Of a stretch of DNA of 64,000 nt, positions 53,872 to 62,054 are shown piece after piece. Position 1 is the stretch's first letter; each line of letters starts with the position of its first letter. The position numbers and the translations under genes are program-made. The stretch lies in the sequence record MN794232.1; one strand, given 5' to 3'. The notes beneath the pieces are model-generated. The model had not been told where the DNA came from. It made no database searches and was given only the letters and a program-made list of their open reading frames with translations.

Positions 53872-53901
53872 CTCCCGTATGAATAATATGGGAGTAATAT
53901 C

Positions 53902-54285
53902 ATGTTCGCACAATACAAAATCTATGTGCTATTGGCTATTGCTGCTGTGTTCATTGGGTCTATTGGTTATCTGAAGTATGAGAATGTTAGTCTTGAGAAA
54001 GAACTAGTCACTCAAATTGCTGAAGTCGAACGACTGACTGGTGATAATGAACGCTTGCACGCGACTGTTGAAAGCAAAGACCGCACAATCGAGAACTGGC
54101 GTTCAGTTTACAACGAGCAAGAGCAGTATCGAAGCAAACTTCAGAAAGATCTAGACGAACTAACCGCAACTATAGACACGTATAAGTCACGTCAAGACAT
54201 CGTGTTTAAAAAGCCAGGTCTAGTTCAGATTAAAGAGCAGAAAGCTCTTGATAAGTTCTTTGATGAGGTGCGCAATGGTCAATAA
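53902..54285 (+). CDS. Inner-membrane spanin (Rz-like, pseT.3 position)
   Basis: N-terminal TM plus coiled coil; KKPGLV motif; synteny rnlA-spanins-pseT. Confidence 0.85.
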   Translation: MFAQYKIYVLLAIAAVFIGSIGYLKYENVSLEKELVTQIAEVERLTGDNERLHATVESKDRTIENWRSVYNEQEQYRSKLQKDLDELTATIDTYKSRQDIVFKKPGLVQIKEQKALDKFFDEVRNGQ

Positions 54286-54604
54286 AATCATAGCTATTGC
54301 TCTATGCTTAACGCTGGTCGGGTGTATCGGTACACCAAAAGAGCCAGTACCCGAGCCACCAAAGAATGAAATCGTTCATCCGAACATGCCAACACCACCA
54401 CCAAATCCCGGTGTCAAAATATTGGTCATTACGACGGACACTATCAAAGCTAATACAGCTTACGTGGGGTTTGAGTACGACGAGTGGCTAGATTTCGCGA
54501 AATGGATGCACTCGTACAAGTCATATAACCAAGATTTGCTTGAAGTTATTCGACTGTATAAAGAGCAAGATCCGAACATTCAGAAAAAAGTTGAAAATAA
54601 TTAA
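54275..54604 (+). CDS. Outer-membrane spanin lipoprotein (Rz1-like, pseT.2 position)
   Basis: Lipobox LVG|C, Pro-rich segment; ATG 54275 with RBS GAGGTG. Confidence 0.85.
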   Translation: MVNKIIAIALCLTLVGCIGTPKEPVPEPPKNEIVHPNMPTPPPNPGVKILVITTDTIKANTAYVGFEYDEWLDFAKWMHSYKSYNQDLLEVIRLYKEQDPNIQKKVENN

Positions 54605-54606
54605 AG

Positions 54607-54642
54607 AAAAGGGTTGCTTCGGCAGCCCTTTTTGCGTATTAT
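54607..54642 (+). promoter_or_regulatory. Fused terminator/early-promoter cassette
   Basis: AAAAGGGTTGC-TTCG-GCAGCCCTTTTT; TTGCTT-17nt-TATTAT; near-identical to the 39878 copy. Confidence 0.88.
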
Positions 54643-54683
54643 AGCTCTATCGAAACGACATCGACTAACAAAGAGAGCATATT

Positions 54684-54983
54684 ATGATTCAATTCAAACG
54701 CAGAAATCTTGTACCTGACAATCAATCTCCACTATGGGCATATGATTCAGTTGACGCGCTTAAAAGCGACGACTTGAATGAGCGTAACTTTTACAACAAC
54801 GTAACAGGTGAAACTCATAACAAGCTGCGTATCACTCGCAGTCGATTCGACAAGAAATGGGTTCTTCGTGCTACGTCTAAAGACAACGACTTCAAATTGT
54901 TAGTTGTCGCTGATGACTTCAAAACGAAGAAAGAAGCAATTGAATACGTAAATGACGTTTACTTAAACACAAAAGGGCTGTAA
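54684..54983 (+). CDS. Hypothetical early protein
   Basis: Follows conserved leader. Confidence 0.78.
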   Translation: MIQFKRRNLVPDNQSPLWAYDSVDALKSDDLNERNFYNNVTGETHNKLRITRSRFDKKWVLRATSKDNDFKLLVVADDFKTKKEAIEYVNDVYLNTKGL

Positions 54984-54984
54984 G

Positions 54985-55218
54985 ATGAACGAACTTATTG
55001 ATGCAACAAACGAAGCGCGTACGCAATACGAACAGTATGGTGCATGTAGTGCTTTTCAAATTGAAAGTCTACTCGCTGAACTCGAAAAGCACGCTTCTGA
55101 CAACGCTGCTGTGAAGTCTGCACGCACTGAGTTCGACGATTACGAGAATTTGACTGGTACACGTATTGATCAACTACTGACAGTCGCTGAAGTCACCATC
55201 TTTAAAACAAACAAGTGA
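54985..55218 (+). CDS. Hypothetical protein
   Basis: 77 aa, tiled. Confidence 0.7.
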   Translation: MNELIDATNEARTQYEQYGACSAFQIESLLAELEKHASDNAAVKSARTEFDDYENLTGTRIDQLLTVAEVTIFKTNK

Positions 55219-55228
55219 GAAAAACTTA

Positions 55229-56146
55229 ATGAAACTGATTGTAACCGTCGGTGTGCCTGCGTCCGGCAAAACTACGTGGGCTGAGAAATTCTGTGCAAAC
55301 GGAAAAGCAGTAAATGTCAATCGCGACGACACTCGTCAAGAACTGTTCGGTCCCTTCAAGTGGGGCGAATACAGCTTCAAGAAACAGAACGAAGAACTTG
55401 TGACGAAAGTCAACAAAGACAAAGCTATGCTTGCCCTACGTTCTGGTAAAGACGTTGTAATCTCTGATACTAACCTTGTGCCAGAGCGTCGTGAAGAGTG
55501 GCGTAATATCGCTAAACAGCTTGGTGCTGAATACGAAGAGAAGTTGTTTCATATCTCTTTCGATGAAGCATTTGCACGCGATAAAGCTCGTGAAATGTCA
55601 GTTGGTGGTAAAGTTCTAACAACTATGTTCCAGAACTACCACAAAAACAACCGCGATTTGATTATCGCGCACTTCAAATCACTGCTTGAGCCTCTTTGGG
55701 AAGCAGGTACTGAGTTGTGTGTATTGTCTGACATCGACGGCACAGTTGCTGAAATGCACAAAGGTGTTAAAGGTCGTCGTAGCCCATTTGAATGGCTACG
55801 TGTTGAAGAAGATTCTCCACGTGACACTGTAATCGAAATGCTAGATCTTCTAAGCGCCCACTATCCAATCATTTTCATGAGCGGTCGTGATGGTGTTTGT
55901 GAAGAGCATACACGCCGTTGGCTATTGAAGCATATGCCATTCGCGTATTCAAGTGGGTTTGACTTGGTCATGCGTGGTAAAGGCGATTCACGCCCAGACT
56001 GGGTAATCAAACTAGAATTGCTACTAGAATTAGCAAAACGTGGTTATCGTCGTCCTATCGTGATGTTCGATGACCGTGATCAAGTAGTCAATACTCTACG
56101 TGAAGTAGGTGTTGAAGTGTTCCAAGTACAACCGGGTAACTTTTAA
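55229..56146 (+). CDS. pseT: Polynucleotide 5'-kinase/3'-phosphatase
   Basis: GVPASGKTTW, NRDD, SDTN, DIDGTV, SGRD, FDDRDQV. Confidence 0.96.
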   Translation: MKLIVTVGVPASGKTTWAEKFCANGKAVNVNRDDTRQELFGPFKWGEYSFKKQNEELVTKVNKDKAMLALRSGKDVVISDTNLVPERREEWRNIAKQLGAEYEEKLFHISFDEAFARDKAREMSVGGKVLTTMFQNYHKNNRDLIIAHFKSLLEPLWEAGTELCVLSDIDGTVAEMHKGVKGRRSPFEWLRVEEDSPRDTVIEMLDLLSAHYPIIFMSGRDGVCEEHTRRWLLKHMPFAYSSGFDLVMRGKGDSRPDWVIKLELLLELAKRGYRRPIVMFDDRDQVVNTLREVGVEVFQVQPGNF

Positions 56147-56155
56147 GGCAAAATT

Positions 56156-56710
56156 ATGACTGAAGTATTAATCACAATCGCTGCAATCGCATTTGTAGCA
56201 CTCGTAGTAACACTGATCGTACGTGCTCGTACCAAGCAAAAAGAAGAAGCTGCGAATGCATTGTCAATGCGTGAAGCTGCGGCTAATCGCACACGTGAAC
56301 AACTCGAATCAATCAGCGCAATGAGTAACGGTGCTTCTCGTATGAAGCCTAAAGCTCCATCGCGACCTGCGAGTTCTTCTCGACATAGCGCACCATCACG
56401 TTCTCACGTGTCTCGTACGCGACGTGACGACGATGACATCATCACTAACCCGTTGCACCCGTTAAATCCGATTACTGACCCGGTCGGTCTGTATGAACGC
56501 GACGAACCGGTACGTGAAACACGCTCAGAACCAAGCTACTCTGCACCTGAGCCGAGTTACAGTGAGCCAGAACGTAGTTCTAGCGTATCAAGCCCAGGCA
56601 GCTACTCATTCGGTGGTAGTTCTGATAGCGGCTCAAGCTACTCAAGCTCAAGTGACAGTGGTTCAAGTTACTCAAGCAGCGATAGTAGTTCAGGTGGGAG
56701 CTTCGACTAA
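56156..56710 (+). CDS. Membrane-anchored protein with Ser-rich repetitive tail
   Basis: N-terminal TM; C-terminal (SSSDSGSSY)-like repeats. Confidence 0.75.
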   Translation: MTEVLITIAAIAFVALVVTLIVRARTKQKEEAANALSMREAAANRTREQLESISAMSNGASRMKPKAPSRPASSSRHSAPSRSHVSRTRRDDDDIITNPLHPLNPITDPVGLYERDEPVRETRSEPSYSAPEPSYSEPERSSSVSSPGSYSFGGSSDSGSSYSSSSDSGSSYSSSDSSSGGSFD

Positions 56711-57222
56711 TGATTGTATCTGAAATTCGTGGCGACTTGGTCGCCACCCTTGCTCAAGCAATTGAAAATCCGAATCATCAACGTACGTTTATCATGGGGC
56801 AAGGTTGTAACTGCTTTATCAGACAAGGTTCTGGCATTGCAGGTCAGCTACGCCGTTTCCCTGAAGTATATCAAGCTGATATTGACTACGGTCGTGAAGG
56901 CGATCCGTTGAAACTTGGTGAATTCTCTGTTGCATTGTTCGACAAACACGGAACTGTTCCACAAGCTGCTGTGTTCAACCTGTACACGCAGTTCAGTATG
57001 GGGACTCGTGAGCGTCATGCTGAATATTCAGCAATCAAAGAAGCAATTCGCGCTATGATTCGATACCTTGAAGACAATGACGACAAGATCTACTTGCCAT
57101 TAATCGGTGCTGGCTTAGCTGGCGGCGATTGGGAAATCATTCGCCATATCATCGACAAAGCAAGTGGAAATAAAGAAATTGTCATTGTACATTTTGAAGA
57201 AGGCACACTAATCGACTGGTGA
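56710..57222 (+). CDS. Macrodomain protein (T4 tk.4-like)
   Basis: GDL, QGCNC...GSGIA, NLYTQ, LPLIGAGLAGGDW. Confidence 0.9.
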   Translation: MIVSEIRGDLVATLAQAIENPNHQRTFIMGQGCNCFIRQGSGIAGQLRRFPEVYQADIDYGREGDPLKLGEFSVALFDKHGTVPQAAVFNLYTQFSMGTRERHAEYSAIKEAIRAMIRYLEDNDDKIYLPLIGAGLAGGDWEIIRHIIDKASGNKEIVIVHFEEGTLIDW

Positions 57223-57225
57223 TTT

Positions 57226-57396
57226 ATGTTTACCTCAGCATTTGTGTATAACGCACTGATTTTTCTCGCTATTCTATCTGTTGGTGCTATTTTTGCATAT
57301 TTTATTGCGAAAATGCTTGACAAGAGTGAGGAGAAACGTGTTAAACTACGTCACAAGCTCATAAGACAACGAGCGAGAAAGAGACTACCGAAATGA
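57226..57396 (+). CDS. Small membrane protein, 56 aa (missing from ORF track)
   Basis: Hand translation MFTSAFVYNALIFLAILSVGAIFAYFIAKMLDKSEEKRVKLRHKLIRQRARKRLPK; ATGA overlap with next ORF. Confidence 0.7.
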   Translation: MFTSAFVYNALIFLAILSVGAIFAYFIAKMLDKSEEKRVKLRHKLIRQRARKRLPK

Positions 57397-57623
57397 GTTT
57401 TGAAACAAACAAAAAGCTTGCCGAAGCATTTGACTCATGGCGTGTAGTGCCTAGAATTTTAGTTGCACTGTACTGTTACTTACTGTATACTACAGCAATA
57501 TGGTTCATGGCACTGCCTGATCCGTCAGCAACTCAATCAGCATTCGTATCGACAATTGTCGGTGCGGGTGCTGCAATCTTCGGCTTATACACTAATTCTG
57601 GAAAAGGAAAGACTAATGGCTAA
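57393..57623 (+). CDS. Two-TM membrane protein (holin-like size and topology)
   Basis: DSWRVVPR, two hydrophobic segments, basic C-end. Confidence 0.7.
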   Translation: MSFETNKKLAEAFDSWRVVPRILVALYCYLLYTTAIWFMALPDPSATQSAFVSTIVGAGAAIFGLYTNSGKGKTNG

Positions 57624-57807
57624 ACGACTATACCCACATGAAGTTGATCACGAACTACAGCGTCGCGACGTTTGGTTGAAAGCGTGGTGTCATACTGCTA
57701 ACGCTAATGACTGTAAAGAAACATCAACTGCAACAAACTATGCTGATGCGTGTCTGGCTGCATTTGACCGTCGTTTTGAAGCTATCGAGGTAATTAAACA
57801 TGACTGA
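57616..57807 (+). CDS. Hypothetical protein (start corrected)
   Basis: ATG 57616 with RBS AAGGA. Confidence 0.65.
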   Translation: MAKRLYPHEVDHELQRRDVWLKAWCHTANANDCKETSTATNYADACLAAFDRRFEAIEVIKHD

Positions 57808-58198
57808 TTTTGATATTGCACTACTTAATCCGACTATCATCAAGTCAACTGAAATCGCAGGTCATAACTTCGGTAACAAAGTTATCGAGATTGTGAGTGA
57901 TCACATTGACGGCGATGACATGGATAACTTCATTGAATTCATCGTTGAAGCTGAAGCACGAGAGCGTGAGCACCCGTATGTAGGTCATTTCTACGGTGAT
58001 TTGTTAGTCATGAGCTTGTCTGAAGACCGTCATCACTTCGAAGCACGTATGTCTGACGAAGACATTGCGAATCTGACAATCACGATTGATGATGCATTCA
58101 TTCAATACACAAATGAGTTTATTGAATGGTACAAGCAGAAAGCGCGAGAGTTCTTCGATGATGATGAATTGGAATTCATCATTGAAAACGAAATCTAA
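57800..58198 (+). CDS. Acidic hypothetical protein
   Basis: 132 aa, RBS GAGGT. Confidence 0.75.
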   Translation: MTDFDIALLNPTIIKSTEIAGHNFGNKVIEIVSDHIDGDDMDNFIEFIVEAEAREREHPYVGHFYGDLLVMSLSEDRHHFEARMSDEDIANLTITIDDAFIQYTNEFIEWYKQKAREFFDDDELEFIIENEI

Positions 58199-58200
58199 CA

Positions 58201-58227
58201 AAATCCCGTCTTAATGGCGGGATTTTT
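58201..58227 (+). terminator. Intrinsic terminator
   Basis: AAATCCCGTC-TTAAT-GGCGGGATTT-TT. Confidence 0.85.
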
Positions 58228-58235
58228 AGTTTTCA

Positions 58236-58243
58236 TCTAAATA
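58236..58243 (+). promoter_or_regulatory. Late promoter candidate TCTAAATA
   Basis: Directly after a terminator, 27 nt before ATG 58271. Confidence 0.7.
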
Positions 58244-58270
58244 GAAGAAACAACACAAAAAGGTATCATA

Positions 58271-59725
58271 ATGAAACTGTTTACTGAATTTTATCAAGAA
58301 GTTCGACTTGACGAAATCTCAGATCGTGCGAATATCGACATTGATTGGGATTGGGGTCATGAGAACGGTACGGGAGAAACTTCGGCGAGATTTGACGCAG
58401 CCGGTGAGAAATTCCAAGTTAGCGTTGACGAGAGCAACCCGGGTTATTTCACGATCACATTCCAGAACTCTAGTGGTTATTCTCAGACTGGTAGAGCGGG
58501 ACACTCTGCGGCTGCTGTATTCTCTGGCGTGTTGACGACTTTACGTGAATTCACCGAAACGTACGAAGAAGAAATGGGCATGAAGCCATATGAATATGAC
58601 TTCAGCGCAGCGTACGAACTACCGCGAAATCACGACTATTACTCATTGGTTAACAATCGTCGCGAGGCAACTCGTTTAGATGAAGAAAGCAAGAAAAAGC
58701 TATTGAAAGACTTGATTTCTCGACCTATGCTTTACTACGCACTATCGTTGACGTTTGGTAAAGAATACGGCTATTCAACTGAAATTAGCGACCGTTGGCT
58801 TGCTCGTCTTGCAGGGGGCGCGAATGATTTCCGTTCCGTTCGTAAGAACGTGACTCGAAGCATTCTGTCGATGAATGACAACGACGTTAACCAAGCGTTG
58901 ATGAACATGAGCGGTTCTGTTTCGTTCACTCTTACCAACGAAAACGAACGTCCTAGCAGCTACGACACAGCATTCGGTGGTGGTCCGTCTCTTGAAGACT
59001 ACGTTGATGAAGCAGACCAATACCAAATCGAAGCGTGGATCAATGATGGTCGTGAAGATGAAATCATCGAACATGCTGATTGGCAAACTCTAGTTCGCAT
59101 TGCGGAATGGGGTCTGATGCACGATGAACTGATTTTCCATGATGATGAAGACGTTCGAAACGCGGTAATTCGCACAGACTACGAAATGGGCGAGAAACTA
59201 GCCGAATCGCCTGAGTGGGAACATCGTAAACAAGCTGCTGAAAATGGTTTTGGCATTTGGGATCTTGTACTTGACTCTGACGAAGACGTGCGCGAAGCTG
59301 CATGGGACTGGTCGTTTGAAAATGACGATGCTGATACTCGAATCACATACGCGAAACGCTACGAAGGCAACTTCGGTCGCGCAATGGCTGAAGACGTGTG
59401 GGATCGCATGATCGACGATTCAGATGACTATGAAGAGCGTCAATACGTAGCTGAACAAGGTTATCGTCTTGAAGAACTTCTAGCAGACCATGACGAAGAC
59501 GTGCGTTCTTCTGCAATCAATGCTGTATTCACGGTAATGGGTCTGGATGGTCGAGAAGCGGCTGAGTTCTTGATGGAAAACTCTGAACCTTACCAAGAAG
59601 AAGTGTTTGAATACGCGATTAACGGTAACTTCGGTCCATCTTTCGATGAAGCACTAATCGAAATTGCTGAAGAAAACGGCGTTGATGTTTCTGAGTACAA
59701 AGACGAAGAAGACGAAGACGAATAA
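58271..59725 (+). CDS. Very acidic late protein: shared N-domain plus HEAT/LRV-like repeats
   Basis: MKLFTEFYQE start; three DEDVR repeats; D/E-rich tail. Confidence 0.8.
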   Translation: MKLFTEFYQEVRLDEISDRANIDIDWDWGHENGTGETSARFDAAGEKFQVSVDESNPGYFTITFQNSSGYSQTGRAGHSAAAVFSGVLTTLREFTETYEEEMGMKPYEYDFSAAYELPRNHDYYSLVNNRREATRLDEESKKKLLKDLISRPMLYYALSLTFGKEYGYSTEISDRWLARLAGGANDFRSVRKNVTRSILSMNDNDVNQALMNMSGSVSFTLTNENERPSSYDTAFGGGPSLEDYVDEADQYQIEAWINDGREDEIIEHADWQTLVRIAEWGLMHDELIFHDDEDVRNAVIRTDYEMGEKLAESPEWEHRKQAAENGFGIWDLVLDSDEDVREAAWDWSFENDDADTRITYAKRYEGNFGRAMAEDVWDRMIDDSDDYEERQYVAEQGYRLEELLADHDEDVRSSAINAVFTVMGLDGREAAEFLMENSEPYQEEVFEYAINGNFGPSFDEALIEIAEENGVDVSEYKDEEDEDE

Positions 59726-59727
59726 TG

Positions 59728-59766
59728 AAAAAAGGGTTGACAGATGTCAGCCCTTTCGTGTATTCT
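59728..59766 (+). promoter_or_regulatory. Fused terminator/early-promoter cassette
   Basis: AAAGGGTTGAC-AGAT-GTCAGCCCTTT; TTGACA-18nt-TATTCT. Confidence 0.78.
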
Positions 59767-59793
59767 ACGTATAAGAAATCAACGGAGAGTAAT

Positions 59794-60057
59794 ATGAACA
59801 TCCAAGACTTAACTGAAATCTTTATCAATTTTCATGACGAAAATTATGAAGTTGATGCAACACTTGACCGAATTGAAGACGTAATCGACCGAGAAGACGT
59901 ACATGGCGTAATGCTGCCATTTTCTCAAGGCGTGAGCATCTTTATTGAAAAGGTCGACAATACCGACCTTACCATTGCTGAATATGAAGCATTCGTTGTT
60001 GAAAAACTTGAAGAAGAGTTCAACGACGAAATTGGCGAAATCGAATTCATTTACTAA
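59794..60057 (+). CDS. Acidic hypothetical protein (start corrected)
   Basis: ATG after RBS GGAGAG. Confidence 0.75.
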   Translation: MNIQDLTEIFINFHDENYEVDATLDRIEDVIDREDVHGVMLPFSQGVSIFIEKVDNTDLTIAEYEAFVVEKLEEEFNDEIGEIEFIY

Positions 60058-60067
60058 GAGAGAAAAC

Positions 60068-60691
60068 ATGCTTCTAGCTGACTACATCAAACACGCAATG
60101 CAAGAATATCACACGATTTTCCCGACGCGATTTTCTGTGCTTGAACACCTTTTCGCTACGAACGGGAATGGAATCACGCTCAAAAACGGTTATATTTATG
60201 ATCGCGAGACTCGTGACGTAAAGGCAAAGCCCTTGCTATCGCGTGAAGACATCATTCTAGAAGTGAAAGACGCTTCTGAGCATTCTCTAGGTATGTGGGC
60301 TCGGTTTGTCAAAGAACTCGGTGATGAACACCCAGAGTTAGTCGAAAAATTCAAGAAGAAGATCGACGCACAGCTTGAAGAAGATGAACGCACGGTCGAA
60401 AGACTATGTAATATCGACGAAGCATACAAAATTCATCCAGATTTAACCAATCTGCATGTATATGCATGGGGCGGGGATCGTCGATACATTCCAATGTATG
60501 ACTTCGAAAACTCGAAGTACGATGACACAATCGAGCAACTTGAGTACTTCAGAGATTGCATTGCCAACGCAACTGTACGTGAAGTCACAGAAGACGACTC
60601 ACAAACCGATCAGTTCTACGCTCGTGGACTCGTATCGTGGAAAGAAAACATCGGTGAAATCGACAAAATCATCGAGAAGCTTCGTAAGTAA
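60068..60691 (+). CDS. Hypothetical protein (start corrected)
   Basis: ATG after GAGAGAAAAC leader. Confidence 0.75.
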   Translation: MLLADYIKHAMQEYHTIFPTRFSVLEHLFATNGNGITLKNGYIYDRETRDVKAKPLLSREDIILEVKDASEHSLGMWARFVKELGDEHPELVEKFKKKIDAQLEEDERTVERLCNIDEAYKIHPDLTNLHVYAWGGDRRYIPMYDFENSKYDDTIEQLEYFRDCIANATVREVTEDDSQTDQFYARGLVSWKENIGEIDKIIEKLRK

Positions 60692-60722
60692 TGTTTAATC
60701 TCTCTTGTTTATTGATTATAAT
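60692..60722 (+). promoter_or_regulatory. Class II promoter with -10 in the loop of an RBS hairpin
   Basis: TGTTTAAT, TTTAAT-17nt-TATAAT; arms 60700-60709/60731-60740. Confidence 0.78.
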
Positions 60723-60748
60723 TTAAGCATAACAAGAGAGGTGAACAA

Positions 60749-60964
60749 ATGGGACATTACGATTGCAAAGAATGCGGCACTTTTGGTTGTTTCGGTGAGT
60801 GTCAAGAGCCAGCAAACGTCGAGCGAGAAAAGCAACGTGTAGAGCGTCAAGCACGTGCTGACAAATACGCTGCGATTCTTGAAGCTGAAGAGAGACGAGT
60901 ACGCGACTTAGAAAAAGCACGCGCATTCTTCTTGGTGCACGATAGAAAAGGGAATCCGATTTAA
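60749..60964 (+). CDS. Small Cys-rich (zinc-binding?) protein
   Basis: CKECGTFGCFGEC followed by a charged helix. Confidence 0.7.
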   Translation: MGHYDCKECGTFGCFGECQEPANVEREKQRVERQARADKYAAILEAEERRVRDLEKARAFFLVHDRKGNPI

Positions 60965-61341
60965 TGCTGCACAAGTATTCAACAAATCGTTTCATGAACA
61001 TGGTTAATTACATGAGTTCTCAGTTCGTACAAGGTACGATTTTCTTGGGATTCATGCCGATTACAGCGCCTGACGATTCTTGGGGAATGACCGTACCTGA
61101 GAGTGACCATCGTTGGTGCGCTGTCCATTTATTCGATTCTGAGCAACAAGCTACACGCTCAGATGAAGAAGAACGCGAACAGAAGCGAATCAATAAAGGT
61201 TATGAGTGGTTGGTCGTGCTTTATGGAACTGACAACACATCGTACATGAAACGCTTTAAACGTCGCGAAGACGCAATCGCGTGGTTCTTCAATGAAGAAT
61301 CGGTAAAAACACTAGATGGGCTATTTTTCTACAATAGTTGA
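60964..61341 (+). CDS. Hypothetical protein
   Basis: TAATG coupling; start uncertain. Confidence 0.65.
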   Translation: MLHKYSTNRFMNMVNYMSSQFVQGTIFLGFMPITAPDDSWGMTVPESDHRWCAVHLFDSEQQATRSDEEEREQKRINKGYEWLVVLYGTDNTSYMKRFKRREDAIAWFFNEESVKTLDGLFFYNS

Positions 61342-61343
61342 AT

Positions 61344-61380
61344 AAAAAGGGTTGCACAGTGCAGCCCTTTTCTATATCAT
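61344..61380 (+). promoter_or_regulatory. Fused terminator/early-promoter cassette
   Basis: AAAAGGGTTGCA-CAG-TGCAGCCCTTTT; TTGCAC-17nt-TATCAT. Confidence 0.82.
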
Positions 61381-61409
61381 GAGCACATCAAAACGAAAGA
61401 GAGACGATT

Positions 61410-62030
61410 ATGAACGTTGAACAAACACTACGTGAATTGAATATCACCAACAACCAAGTTTACACTCGCATCGTAAATGAAGTAATGAAACCGAACATTC
61501 TTTCAATTTATGAACACATGAGATTGAAAATCGGATATAATCAAGAAATTTGGTATGGTGATGCTGATGTGTATGTATCAATCGAGCCTGCATTCGAGAA
61601 ATACAGAGAACAGCATGACGTTTTGATCATCAACAACGTTGTATCGTGCTTTGATCGAGCAATTGTCATTGCAATTATCAACAAAGAGACTGGCGACATA
61701 CCATTGTGTAAATGTGTCGAGGGTCAAGGTGTGAAACACGAGGGTTGGAATTTCGGCGATCATCGTGATTGGAAGATTGAAGGTCTCGATACGCTTCGCG
61801 AACACAAGTGGAAATTTGGTTACGAGGATTTGCGCGACGACTCGCTTGTATTTCAGCTAGATTCGATTTGGGCTGATATTCGACCAGATAAGCCGTATAA
61901 CGGTTGGCATCGTTCGTCTTATGGTTGTGGGTTTCATGTTGAGAATCTACTGTACGCAGAACGCGAAATCAGATGGGCATTCAGTTCTGTTGTTGAAGAA
62001 GAAGCATATACAATTTGCGGAAAAGAATAA
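61410..62030 (+). CDS. Hypothetical early protein
   Basis: Follows conserved leader. Confidence 0.78.
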   Translation: MNVEQTLRELNITNNQVYTRIVNEVMKPNILSIYEHMRLKIGYNQEIWYGDADVYVSIEPAFEKYREQHDVLIINNVVSCFDRAIVIAIINKETGDIPLCKCVEGQGVKHEGWNFGDHRDWKIEGLDTLREHKWKFGYEDLRDDSLVFQLDSIWADIRPDKPYNGWHRSSYGCGFHVENLLYAEREIRWAFSSVVEEEAYTICGKE

Positions 62031-62033
62031 AAG

Positions 62034-62054
62034 AGGGGCATTCGCCCCTTTTTT
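62034..62054. terminator. Terminator between convergent genes
   Basis: AGGGGC-ATTC-GCCCCT plus T run; A-rich on the other side. Confidence 0.8.

Noticed and set aside
21145-61412. Repeated GGGTTG...CCCTTT elements as a CRISPR array or IS ends
   Set aside because: Dispersed kilobases apart, no spacers, no cas or transposase genes; explained as terminator/promoter cassettes
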